Assembly: GCA_963772365.1 (NCBI GenBank)
Contig: CAVYXA010000001.1
Coordinates: forward strand, 1,120,001-1,184,000
Source of the DNA: an uncultured Verrucomicrobiae bacterium
Lineage (GTDB): Bacteria > Verrucomicrobiota > Verrucomicrobiia > Chthoniobacterales > UBA10450
DNA: 64,000 nt
Direction of reading: 5' to 3'
The notes under the pieces are model-generated. The model was not told the DNA's origin, made no database searches, and worked only from the letters and a program-made list of their open reading frames with translations. Below, one piece after another: positions 10,951-20,557 of this stretch (positions are counted from its first letter, which is position 1; each line of letters begins with the position of its first letter). The translations under genes and the position numbers were made by a program.

Positions 10951-12891
10951 TGACCTTTCACATCCTTCCAAGCGTAAAGGGATCCCGGCGGCGCGTTTAG
11001 TTTGAAATCCGTATCAAAAAACCAGTTGCGCGTGGGAGGGACATAAACGTTGCCGCTGCCCCAGTTCGCGGTCGCCTGCTGGCTCTTGTAAAGCTCGATC
11101 ATCGAACCGTAGTAGCTGAATGAAACGTTCGTCCAGGTTTCGAGAAAGCGTGGGAAATTCTCCGCACCACCACTGTAATAGCCGTTGCCGCTGGAAACGA
11201 TTCCTGAAATAACCGCGGCATTGATGGTCGTGGGGGTTGCCACGCGCTCGCCCACTGATTTGCCTGAATTGGCGTCATTCCAGTTATTCGAGAGGATGTT
11301 CACGGCGTCCGCAACGATGGAGCACGGCGCGCGATCGTAGCTGGCAGCCTGCGGATCTGGCGGATTGGCTGGGTCCTTATAGGTGCCATCAGCGTTGAGG
11401 TTGGCCGGATTATTCGAGGGAACATTGTTGTAGTTAGGCCCAGTTCCGCCTGTATTGAAATCACCCTGGAGATAAACGGGATTATTGCTGGCCACCGTTA
11501 ACCCGGACGACGGAATGCTGCTGCCGCCAGCCACACGAATGGCCCGTCTTGCCGAGGAGGTCGCGCTCGGGTCGTACATGTAGACGATAGGATTATTGAA
11601 ACTCTTCGTGTAATCCTTACCATTGGACTTCACGATTTTGCTGATATCCAGCGTGGCTACTCGTACCTGTGCGCCTTCACGATTGTCCTGGATTGTTTGA
11701 TTCGTAGTAATTGCGCCAGGCTCGCTGAACATGGTGTATAGATTCTTATCAGCACCTTTGCTTGCACTGGTGATTTCGGCGGTCGCTCCGGTGTTGGAAT
11801 CAGTCACTTTGTAAAGTTTTACGATATCGTGTCCATTAACGCCATCCCACCCCGGCAGGTTGGGATTGGGATTATCGCTGACCTCAACGATGATGCCAGC
11901 GTTGTCCCAGTAACGCTGCCCCGCGAACGGATCTGACTGGCCGACCACGGAAGGTTCGATGAGCTCGTGATAACCATCGTTGTTCGGATTCCCATCGGTC
12001 GTATCAAATACGCTCTTGTCCAGGCCAAAGAGTTCCAGTGGATCATCCCGCGATGCCTGCGGCACGCCAGGGGCAAAGTTTGGAGGCTGAGGAGTTTCAC
12101 CGTTGTGCGAGTTTTCGTCGGGCATAAATCCAATAGTCCAGCCGGACCCATAAGTAACTTTATCACCAAACATGAGACTACTATGTCCAGTGTAGAGACC
12201 CGAATTTGTATGCACCTCACCCGTAACTGTAAATTTTGGACCTGGATGAATTTCAAGCGGATCTTCGTAGAAAATAGCAAATCGCCAGGGTGAAATCTGC
12301 ACTTTTTGAAAGACCTGACGGACCTTGGCCACGACGTTGCTCGCGCCAATGGCGGCCAATGTTACATCGGCTGAGGCAATGTAATTGTACCGTAGTTCCG
12401 GTTGCTGATTGTTTGCATCGCAGAGTGTCGGTTTCGGTACAGTACCGGCTGCAGCAAGCTTGCTGTGTTCAGGGCTAACGGCGACGACTTTATAGTTCGA
12501 GATCGTAAAATTAGCATTGTATTGCGAGTCGTCATCATCCGGATCGAACCAATTTGCGCCGGTTGTTCCGCGCTTTACGAACTTAGCCGGATTGATGCCA
12601 GTAAGCGTAGGAAACTGGCCAGGGCTTGGCGTCGGTATGGCGGTCTTAAAAGCGTTGCTATTTTTTATCGGTACTGCCGGGAGCGATGGATCTCCAATTT
12701 GCAAAAAGAATTTCCATGCAACTGTCCCCGACAACCCGCGCCGTCTCGTAAGTGTTTGTGCGAGAAACTTGCCGGTTTACCGTGGTTGTGTACTCGGTGG
12801 CAACTGTCACAATCGCGATCAGTACCATCAACGTAATAATTACAACTGCCAACGTGCTGCCAGCCTGCCTCTCACTCGGTTTTGTTTTCAT
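10935..12891 (-). CDS. PilX-like minor pilin with a large C-terminal domain; frameshift at the T6 run 12661-12666
   Basis: N-terminus QAG|STLAVVIITLMVLIAIV (no Glu5); deleting one A joins it to the 599-aa ORF (...STDKNSNAFK...) ending GGAENFPRFLETW..PPTRNWFFD. Confidence 0.75.
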
Positions 12892-12899
12892 CTATAGAT

Positions 12900-13715
12900 T
12901 TAATAGTTCCATTTGATCGGGACCTGCCCATTCAGAAGAATATTGCCCGATTTAAAGCCGCGATTGTTGTAGGCTTGGTCCGACGCGGATAAGGCGAATG
13001 CCGCGCCACCCTTGCATGCCGGATTTTTGAGGGTATCTGGAATGTAGAAGGGATTAGAATTTATGATCACTTTGCCATGTGCAATAGCGGCGGAGTTGCC
13101 ACGATAACTTCGAATCAGGGTCTTGTTGGACACCGCATACGAACAGCGATCTGTTATGAGGCAAGTCACGTGCGGGTCATTGGGATCACTGCTCGTGCCC
13201 GTGATTGCGGCTACGTTACTTGTGAATGTGAGCTTTACGTCGCCGGGTGCGTTACCGTTAACGGCCGCAATGTCAGCCTCGATGCCATTGGAGATAATTA
13301 CATGTTGACCAACCGTCGGCCCCACGACTCCGTTCACCTCGATAACGATGTGGCTGGCATCCTGAACATCTTTAATGTTGTATGGTCCGCTGACGTCATA
13401 CTCCTGACCATTTAAAACAACGCGCCCCAATTTTTGAAACGATATCCCGGGCGCAGGCGTTGGTGAGGTCCAGGGCGTCACCCCATCGGAGTTCACCAAC
13501 TGCGGAACCGAGACTGCAGAGTGAATATCCTCAAGCATGTCGAGCACTTCGGTCCGCGCTTGTTGATGCGTTGCGTTAATCACGCTGTTCTTCGCCCCGA
13601 GAGTCGTGCTAGCATTGAGAAGCGAAAAAAGAATTAGCCCAACCACGCCGATCATTGACGCGGCCACCAGCAACTCGATCAGCGTAAAACCGCGATTGCT
13701 TTGAGTTGGCTTCAT
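12900..13715 (-). CDS. Prepilin-type N-terminal cleavage/methylation protein (PilW-like)
   Basis: RG|FTLIELLVAASMIGVVGLIL. Confidence 0.88.
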   Translation of the reverse strand: MKPTQSNRGFTLIELLVAASMIGVVGLILFSLLNASTTLGAKNSVINATHQQARTEVLDMLEDIHSAVSVPQLVNSDGVTPWTSPTPAPGISFQKLGRVVLNGQEYDVSGPYNIKDVQDASHIVIEVNGVVGPTVGQHVIISNGIEADIAAVNGNAPGDVKLTFTSNVAAITGTSSDPNDPHVTCLITDRCSYAVSNKTLIRSYRGNSAAIAHGKVIINSNPFYIPDTLKNPACKGGAAFALSASDQAYNNRGFKSGNILLNGQVPIKWNY

Positions 13716-14248
13716 GGGTCGAAAGTGCGAAGCGCGCTCATCGAAAATGTGTAGGGATTTCCTGTTGCCTGTTTACGACTGTGGTAGTCGTAAGTGAGCG
13801 TGACGACGGCTTGATACGTATTTGGCGCGTAAGTGGCGTCAGATATGTCCGAAACCTGAACCGTGAGCGTGCCCAGGATTGTCATGCCATTTGGATCCTT
13901 GTAGATCGGCCACTTGTCCGAAACGGTGTTCGTAGCAGGATCCAGATAACCGATCGTGTGCGTCCCCACGGTCATGTCATATAGCGGAGGATTATGGGTC
14001 GTATCCTGTGGGATCTCGCCCCTCGATGGGTTGAACGGCCCGATGGATTGGAACAAATCGATTTGATTCATCACAGCGGTGTAGGCACCGGTCATGTTTC
14101 GGCTTGTCGCCGCGATTGAGTTCATCTTGGTCAATGTCCCAATTGCACAGGCCACACCGATACCGAGGACGCCGAGGGCCACGGTAGTTTCGACCATCGT
14201 GAACCCTGCGTTTTGGAGTATGGATTTGCAGCGTAATCGGACGTTCAC
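13712..14248 (-). CDS. Prepilin-type protein (PilV-like)
   Basis: AG|FTMVETTVALGVLGIGV; 4-bp overlap with the next gene. Confidence 0.85.
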   Translation of the reverse strand: MNVRLRCKSILQNAGFTMVETTVALGVLGIGVACAIGTLTKMNSIAATSRNMTGAYTAVMNQIDLFQSIGPFNPSRGEIPQDTTHNPPLYDMTVGTHTIGYLDPATNTVSDKWPIYKDPNGMTILGTLTVQVSDISDATYAPNTYQAVVTLTYDYHSRKQATGNPYTFSMSALRTFDP

Positions 14249-14262
14249 GAATGATCCAAGGA

Positions 14263-14278
14263 AGCAATAAATATGCCG
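14263..14278 (-). promoter_or_regulatory. Putative sigma54 (-24/-12) promoter of the pilin cluster
   Basis: CGGCATATTTATTGCT on the minus strand = GG-N10-GC. Confidence 0.6.
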
Positions 14279-14409
14279 CTCATTCCAGTAAGTATAGAGA
14301 TTCTATTCACTCTGCCCGCGGAAGGGGATCCGTTTTCCACGTTATCCCCCCGTTAACAGAATCCCGCAGCGCTAGGATCTCAGGCGCCGAAACAGTGGCG
14401 ATCCACGCC

Positions 14410-16080
14410 TCAGATCACGTTATCAGATGAATGCCCGTCGCCCTGCTGTTCCGGACGCACGCCGGGACTTTTATCGCCTCTCTCGTGCTCTTTTCCACTG
14501 CTGTCAGTCACGCCATCGTGGAGTTGTCGATCCTGAATTTGCTCATCCGAGGCTTCTTCAGCGTAGCGAATGCGGGGCAAACTTTCGGGGTAATTGCGGA
14601 CGAGGAAATTGATCAGGCCTTCGCGAACGTCGCAGCGAAGATCGAAGGCGTTCCCCGGATTGCTGCTGCTCACCAATGCCCGGACTTCGGTTGTGTTTTG
14701 CTTCGCGTCGGTCACCTGTAGGCCGCACACCTTTCGGTCCCATTTCGGATTGTTCTCGAGGACCCGTTTAAGTTCCTTGCGCAGCTCGCCTAACGGCACT
14801 TGATAATCAAGATAGAACAGCACCGTCCCAAGCAACTCTGGCGAAACGCGGCTCCAGTTCTGAAATGGTTTCTCAATAAAATATGTGATTGGCAGAATGA
14901 CCCGCCGCAGGTCCCATGTCCGCACACTTACGTATGTAAGCGTGATCTCTTCGATCTGACCGAAATCGCCTTCAACCACCACGATATCGTCGATGAGCAA
15001 CGGTTGAGTGAGCGCAATCTGAATCCCAGCGAGCACGTTGCCGAGCGTTTTTTGCGCGGCGAACCCGATCACGATCCCGGCAATGCCGGCCGAAGCCAGA
15101 ATGCTCGTGCCAAATTGCCGGACCGGATCGAACAACATCAGGATCGACCCCGTGGCGAGCATCACGACCGCCGTCACGATGATCTTTCGGATCACGGAGA
15201 CTTGCGTGTAAATTTTTCTCGCAGAAAGATTGTCCGCCACATCCAGGCGATGTCGGCTTAGCAGCGCAGTCTGCACGGCATTGATGCCGCGAATGATCAG
15301 GAACGAAAACGACGCAATCAGCAAGATCCCGAATCCTTTTTGCGTAATCCACGCCCAGCTTTCCGGCAAGTGCAGCAATGGCAGCAAAAGAATGACCCCC
15401 AACAGCGGCACAGACATCCGCAGCGTCTGGCCCAGAATCGGAATGATTACTTTGCCAAGGAGACTGCCAGCGCGATCTGCCCAGTGACGCATCCGTTTTT
15501 CCAACGCCCGGATCGCGCGAAAAACCAGCCACAGCAGGGCGAGAATCCATCCGGCATAGAAAATCGCGGTAAGCAGGCCGACGTAGAAAATTCGAGTCGG
15601 ACGCCCGATGATGCCGGTCGCAATCGGCATCAATGCAAACGCGCCGCCACACATCCACAAAAACAACGCAAACGGTTTGCGAATCGCAGAGGCGGTCAGC
15701 GCCAGCGCAGATTGATGCGGACTGGACTCAATTTCGCCTGCGCGTCGCCGGATGATTCGGAGGGCCAGACCGGCCAGGATCGACAATAGCGCGAGCCCTC
15801 CCATCGATGCGAGCAATCGCATCCAAGTGACGTTATCGAACAAGGAGCGCTGCAAAAATCCGTTACCGGAATTCGTGGCGAGTTGATCGAGCCACTCGCT
15901 GTAACCGCGACCGCCCTTGTAAATCATCCAGCGCCGTGCCTTCGCACGCTGCGCGGAAAATTCCGTGACCGATTGCGCAATGGTCCCGGCGGGAGATTCA
16001 GCCGGCGCTGGCGACGGTGTTGGTATTGGCGTTCCGCTTGGCTGAGCTGCAATCGCGCTCGCGCAGATCAACCCTATCAA
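14410..16080 (-). CDS. MscS family mechanosensitive channel
   Basis: ILASAGIAGIVIGFAAQKTLGNVLAGIQI, GQIEEITLTYV, KPFQNWSR; multiple N-terminal TM helices; start uncertain. Confidence 0.92.
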   Translation of the reverse strand: MIGLICASAIAAQPSGTPIPTPSPAPAESPAGTIAQSVTEFSAQRAKARRWMIYKGGRGYSEWLDQLATNSGNGFLQRSLFDNVTWMRLLASMGGLALLSILAGLALRIIRRRAGEIESSPHQSALALTASAIRKPFALFLWMCGGAFALMPIATGIIGRPTRIFYVGLLTAIFYAGWILALLWLVFRAIRALEKRMRHWADRAGSLLGKVIIPILGQTLRMSVPLLGVILLLPLLHLPESWAWITQKGFGILLIASFSFLIIRGINAVQTALLSRHRLDVADNLSARKIYTQVSVIRKIIVTAVVMLATGSILMLFDPVRQFGTSILASAGIAGIVIGFAAQKTLGNVLAGIQIALTQPLLIDDIVVVEGDFGQIEEITLTYVSVRTWDLRRVILPITYFIEKPFQNWSRVSPELLGTVLFYLDYQVPLGELRKELKRVLENNPKWDRKVCGLQVTDAKQNTTEVRALVSSSNPGNAFDLRCDVREGLINFLVRNYPESLPRIRYAEEASDEQIQDRQLHDGVTDSSGKEHERGDKSPGVRPEQQGDGHSSDNVI

Positions 16081-16192
16081 AACTTACCCGACACGTTTCG
16101 CGATCATCATTCACCATCGCATCGACGACTCGAGTCGCAACGCCGGCAAGAATCAACCAATCTGATTTCTGCCTCTTACGCCTTCTTCTTCT

Positions 16193-16675
16193 TCATTCTT
16201 CGGTGACGCTCACCGAATTCAATTTGTCCCCCTGCTGAATTGCATTTACCACGTCCTGTCCTGATGAAACTTTGCCGAATACGGTGTGTTTGCCATCCAG
16301 CCAGTTAGTGACCACATGAGTGATGAAAAATTGGCTGCCATTCGTGTTCGGTCCCGCGTTCGCCATCGATAAACTGCCGGCCTGATGCTTGTGCGGATTT
16401 CCCTTGAATTCGTCCTCGAAACGATAGCCCGGATCGCCGCGACCCGTGGCAGTCGGGTCGCCACTCTGGATCATGAAATTCGGAATGACACGATGAAACA
16501 CCGTTCCGTCGTAAAATTTGTCCCGGGCCAGAAAAACAAAATTGTTAACCGTTCTTGGCGCCTCCTTGGCAAACAGCTCGCACACAATCTCCCCGCGCGA
16601 CGTCGTCAACGTTGCGGAATAGTTCTTGTTTGGATCAATTGTCATCGCGGGCGGAGCAGAATATTTCTTTTGCAT
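16193..16675 (-). CDS. Cyclophilin-type peptidyl-prolyl cis-trans isomerase
   Basis: FYDGTVFHRVIPNFMIQSGDP, SMANAGPNTNGSQFFIT, WLDGKHTVFG. Confidence 0.97.
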   Translation of the reverse strand: MQKKYSAPPAMTIDPNKNYSATLTTSRGEIVCELFAKEAPRTVNNFVFLARDKFYDGTVFHRVIPNFMIQSGDPTATGRGDPGYRFEDEFKGNPHKHQAGSLSMANAGPNTNGSQFFITHVVTNWLDGKHTVFGKVSSGQDVVNAIQQGDKLNSVSVTEE

Positions 16676-16886
16676 GTTTCAGCTTAGACGCGATTGCTCG
16701 CTTGCAACGCCGAAATCCATAAAGAAGGTGCTCCGGCGTCTTTGTTGAGATTCCGACAGAGCGCAGGAGATTTCTGGGCTCTCCCTTCTTTTCTCGGTCT
16801 TCTCCGTGACCTTTGTGGTGAAAGAATTCCTTAGGCTTTTTCACGGCAGGTGACGATGTACCAGAATGAGATAAGCTCGCCTGATC

Positions 16887-17735
16887 ATGTCGACGATCGC
16901 TGAACGCCGCGAACGTTTTAGAGGACTGCATCAGTCCGGTTGTTTCGCGATTCCGAACCCGTGGGATATAGGGACCGCAAAGTATCTGCAACATCTCGGG
17001 TTCAAAGCGATCGCTACCACGTCTGCGGGGTTCGCGTTCTCTCGCGGCAAATCGGACGGCGCAGTGAGCCGCGACGAGATGATCGCGCACATCCGAGAGC
17101 TGGTCGAAGCGACGGATCTTCCCGTCAACGCCGATTTCGAAAATGGTTATGCCGACGATCCGAACCGATGCGCGGAAAACGCGCGGCTTTGCGCCGAAAC
17201 GGGTGTCGGCGGTTTATCGATCGAAGATAACAGCCGCCGGAAAGATAATCCGATCTACGATGTCGATCTTGCGGTGGAACGAATCCATGCCGCCCGCGAA
17301 GCGCTTCATGGGACTGGCGTGTTGCTCGTTGGACGCGCCGAAGGATTTCTGGTCGACACCGAAACGATCGATCAAGTGATCAAACGTCTCGTGGCCTACT
17401 CGGCGGCCGGCGCCGATTGTCTGTATGCTCCCGGTCCGACAGAGCGCGATCACATCAAAGCGATTGTCGAAGCAGTGGCGCCGAAACCGGTCAACCTCCT
17501 CATCGGCGGACCTGGCAGCCTGACGATGCACGACGCGGCCGAGCTGGGCGCGCGACGCGTCAGTGTCGGCGGCGCATTTGCCCGGGCAGCCTGGGGCGGC
17601 TTTATTCGTTCGGCCAAAGAATTAATGGACAAAGGAACACTTTTCTTAGAACTTTGTCTCCGCAAACCCGTAGTAGCTAGTGGACGGGACCTTTTTCCCT
17701 TAACGCAAGCCGAACAGGAGACACAATGCCGATAG
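16887..17735 (+). CDS. Isocitrate lyase/PEP mutase family protein; C-terminus apparently replaced after ~17640
   Basis: PNPWD.GTA, ATTSAG, LPVNADFENGY, GLSIED, AGADCLYAPG, GARRVSVGG. Confidence 0.9.
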   Translation: MSTIAERRERFRGLHQSGCFAIPNPWDIGTAKYLQHLGFKAIATTSAGFAFSRGKSDGAVSRDEMIAHIRELVEATDLPVNADFENGYADDPNRCAENARLCAETGVGGLSIEDNSRRKDNPIYDVDLAVERIHAAREALHGTGVLLVGRAEGFLVDTETIDQVIKRLVAYSAAGADCLYAPGPTERDHIKAIVEAVAPKPVNLLIGGPGSLTMHDAAELGARRVSVGGAFARAAWGGFIRSAKELMDKGTLFLELCLRKPVVASGRDLFPLTQAEQETQCR

Positions 17736-19024
17736 TAGATTTAATCAAAGGAATGGATCTCGGAGCAGGCGTCGACTTGGGTGGACAACTCTTCGGAGAC
17801 GCCGTCGTCCGCACACCCGGAGACGAGATAGATCATACTGGTGGGCAAACTGAGGACGTCTTCCTTACCCTAGTGGAAACGCAGGACGACCAAAACACGG
17901 CTCTCCATCTATCTACCTCTGTCAGCGCATCCTACGGATTGTTCGGCGGTTCGGGCAAGTTCGACCTCTCAGAGGAAATGCACGTCCATAACTTCTCGAT
18001 CTCGCTCGTCATCCGCGCAACTGTTCTCAATGCCTTCAGACAAATGCGAGACGTACAATTCAAGCCGTCGGCCAGGACTCTGCTCGAAAACGGGCAGGAC
18101 ATCCGCTTCCGCGAGCAGTTCGGCGACATGTTCGTGCGTGGCATTCAAACTGGTGGTGAGCTTTGTGCCATCCTGCAGATCGTCGGCCACGACGAAAGCG
18201 ATCAAACGTCAATCAAAGCTGAGCTGGAGGCGGCAGGCATTATCGGCGGGGTTGCAATTGCCACGAAGGACACCTTTTCTTCCGCCGTGAGCAAAGCAAC
18301 GTCGCATCGCGAAGTCAAGTTGCGTCACTTCCAAGTCGGTGGCAACCCCAAAGCCTCAATCGATCCCGACACCATGATTCAGCACGCGCTCAACTTCGCC
18401 GCCGAAGTCAAGACTCCCGGCCAGGCCGAGGCTTTCCAGGCGCTATTAGTGTCCTATAAGACGCTTGACTTGCCGTTCGCGCCCAACTTCGTGGACCTCG
18501 AGAACGCCAAAGAGACCTTAGCCCTTCTGATGCAAAAACGGCAGGATGCGCTGACGCGTCTGACATCTTTCAATTTCGTAATCGGCCATCCCGATCAGTT
18601 CATCATCCCGCCGGGTATGAGTGTCAACGCCATCGCCGGGCGCTTGGGAACTGCCGTCGCAACGCTGACCTCCGCCGCATCACGTTGCGTCAACAGGCCC
18701 AAGGAAGCCCCGGAAGCTTTGACTAGCATAGGCGCACTAGACATCCCTTTGGACGACCTGCCCCAGCGGCGCGCGGGTAAGCCCCCTACGCCAGACGTGC
18801 CACTTATGCCTGATTGGGTTGGGAAACAATTCGATGACGTGAAAATTCTAACGCAGGCCAAATCGCTGCAACTTGTGATTTCACTTCACCCGTTTGATGT
18901 GACGCCTGGGAAAACTTCCTTTGTTCCCCCAGGGGGGATCACACAAACAAACCCTGCGTCGGGTGTGCAGATTCAACCTGGCACTGCGGTAACTGTCACA
19001 TTCCGCCGGGGGCACACACTGTGA
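17726..19024 (+). CDS. Putative MACPF/CDC-fold pore-forming protein with a C-terminal PASTA-like domain
   Basis: FREQ-FGDMF-VRGIQT-GG fits the spacing of the MACPF signature (Y/W)G(T/S)H(F/Y)-x6-GG; C-terminal MPDWVG...TQTNPASGVQIQPGTAVTVTF is PASTA-like; AGGAG RBS. Confidence 0.65.
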   Translation: MPIVDLIKGMDLGAGVDLGGQLFGDAVVRTPGDEIDHTGGQTEDVFLTLVETQDDQNTALHLSTSVSASYGLFGGSGKFDLSEEMHVHNFSISLVIRATVLNAFRQMRDVQFKPSARTLLENGQDIRFREQFGDMFVRGIQTGGELCAILQIVGHDESDQTSIKAELEAAGIIGGVAIATKDTFSSAVSKATSHREVKLRHFQVGGNPKASIDPDTMIQHALNFAAEVKTPGQAEAFQALLVSYKTLDLPFAPNFVDLENAKETLALLMQKRQDALTRLTSFNFVIGHPDQFIIPPGMSVNAIAGRLGTAVATLTSAASRCVNRPKEAPEALTSIGALDIPLDDLPQRRAGKPPTPDVPLMPDWVGKQFDDVKILTQAKSLQLVISLHPFDVTPGKTSFVPPGGITQTNPASGVQIQPGTAVTVTFRRGHTL

Positions 19025-19209
19025 GTACGTCCTGACTACAAATGATTGTTTTAAAATGAATAAAGGATGCTCGTTAATCCATTGGTGTGCCTCAGTGAGC
19101 AAGCAAAAGTCCCAAGCTCTAAGAAAGATGCGATCGGGAGAAACTATTATCGACAAGGCATTGAAAATTTCGCTAAATCCAGAATTGATTTTCTGAAAAG
19201 AATACTCTG

Positions 19210-19539
19210 ATGCCCTTCCAGGAAGACTTTGCAAACGCACTTAACGATTTCGGTATCACTGTCGATTCATCTGTGATTCCTTCGCAAGATGTGCTGCAAA
19301 ATGGACTCGACAGCCTATCTGAGTGGCTAAGCTCGCTTGAGGACGAAACCCGAGCCGCCGCGGACGAAGTGACCGCGGATTTTCCGGTCAAATTCGGCTT
19401 GGCAGATGCAGAGGTGAATATAGCTCCGGGCCTTTCTGATTTGCTAAAGGCTTTCGATGATCTGCCAGCGAGCCTCTCGATTTCCACCATATTGGACAAC
19501 TGCAAGACGGCTTTCGCAAACATAGATGGAGGTAACTGA
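19210..19539 (+). CDS. Small acidic helical hypothetical protein
   Basis: 109-aa ORF; TGATG coupling to the next gene. Confidence 0.7.
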   Translation: MPFQEDFANALNDFGITVDSSVIPSQDVLQNGLDSLSEWLSSLEDETRAAADEVTADFPVKFGLADAEVNIAPGLSDLLKAFDDLPASLSISTILDNCKTAFANIDGGN

Positions 19540-19874
19540 TGCCAGGCGTAGAGGATTTTGATTCGTTCAAGGAATGTATAAAGACGCAGACTAACCTGGA
19601 CCTTGAAGCGTGGGATGTAATGTTCTTTGAACCGTTGAAGGATTTGGTCGCTTGGTGGAATCGACAGTCCGACGCGACGAAAGCATGGACGGGTTTCCTT
19701 TCTGGCGTCGCAGGCACCGCATTCACGCGTTGGATTGCGCGAGTCGCACAGATAGCGTCCACGGAAGTCGCCGGTCTTTTCGCCGAGGCTCTAGTAGCCG
19801 TGGCCGCAGGCATTGCACTCGGAACGTTCTTTGATGCTGCCGGACGCTGTCTGGCCCAGATTCAGAACGTATAG
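19539..19874 (+). CDS. Small hypothetical protein with Ala/Gly-rich hydrophobic C-terminal helices
   Basis: GGAGG RBS, coupled start, LFAEALVAVAAGIALGTFF hydrophobic stretch. Confidence 0.72.
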   Translation: MPGVEDFDSFKECIKTQTNLDLEAWDVMFFEPLKDLVAWWNRQSDATKAWTGFLSGVAGTAFTRWIARVAQIASTEVAGLFAEALVAVAAGIALGTFFDAAGRCLAQIQNV

Positions 19875-20369
19875 ACAAAACCGAGACCGGCGGCCGTTTC
19901 TGATACATCTGACCCGGCGTTGCGACGAGGCAAGTTGCAACCTCCGCGACGCGGGCATGCAAAGCGAGCCATCACCGTAACTCTGACCGGCGTGGGCAAC
20001 CGAAGTGAGCACGACAGGCCCGAACCCAGTGGCTTGTGGCATCGTGGCGAACAGATCAATCCGGAGAAGTTAAGGTCGTGGACTTCATTAGTTAGAAAGT
20101 CTATGAACCACCGAACCACCAAGCTCACGCTTTTCACTTGGAAGGGCGACTCTTCATGGATGGCTGACGCCCAAATCGGTTACGGAGCGAACAAAGGCCA
20201 TACTGAAGGAACCGCATGCAACTCGAATCTATCAACTTCCGGCTCAATGCTTTTATTCCGAATTCTGCCTGTATAACAGGCCCGCGCTTCAAAGAATCAT
20301 AGGGCGCTTGGAACGTCCGACGGGCATTTTTAAACCAGGAGGCCGAAAGGAAGCCACGAAGAAATTACG

Positions 20370-20432
20370 GATAGGGAAGATAGGGGTCAGGATAGGAAGA
20401 TAGGGGTCATAGGAAGATAGGGGTCAGGCATC
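20370..20432. repeat. Three tandem copies of ATAGGAAGATAGGGGTCA ending in GGGGTCAGGCATCAAATCTTGAC
   Basis: Read directly; related motif GGGGCTCGCATCTATACTTTGAC at ~20482-20504. Confidence 0.75.
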
Positions 20433-20557
20433 AAATCTTGACCGGCGTAAAGCTGCGCCAGCGGTTTGACGGAAAGAATCAGGGGCTCGCATCTATACTT
20501 TGACATTTGATCGATCGGGATCAGCACGGTTACCGAACGCTCCCACGCGATCTAAAT

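Noticed and set aside
19880..20290. ORFs 19920-20276 (+) and 19862-20137 (-) at the end of the island
   Set aside because: No motif, RBS or typical composition; probably decayed sequence
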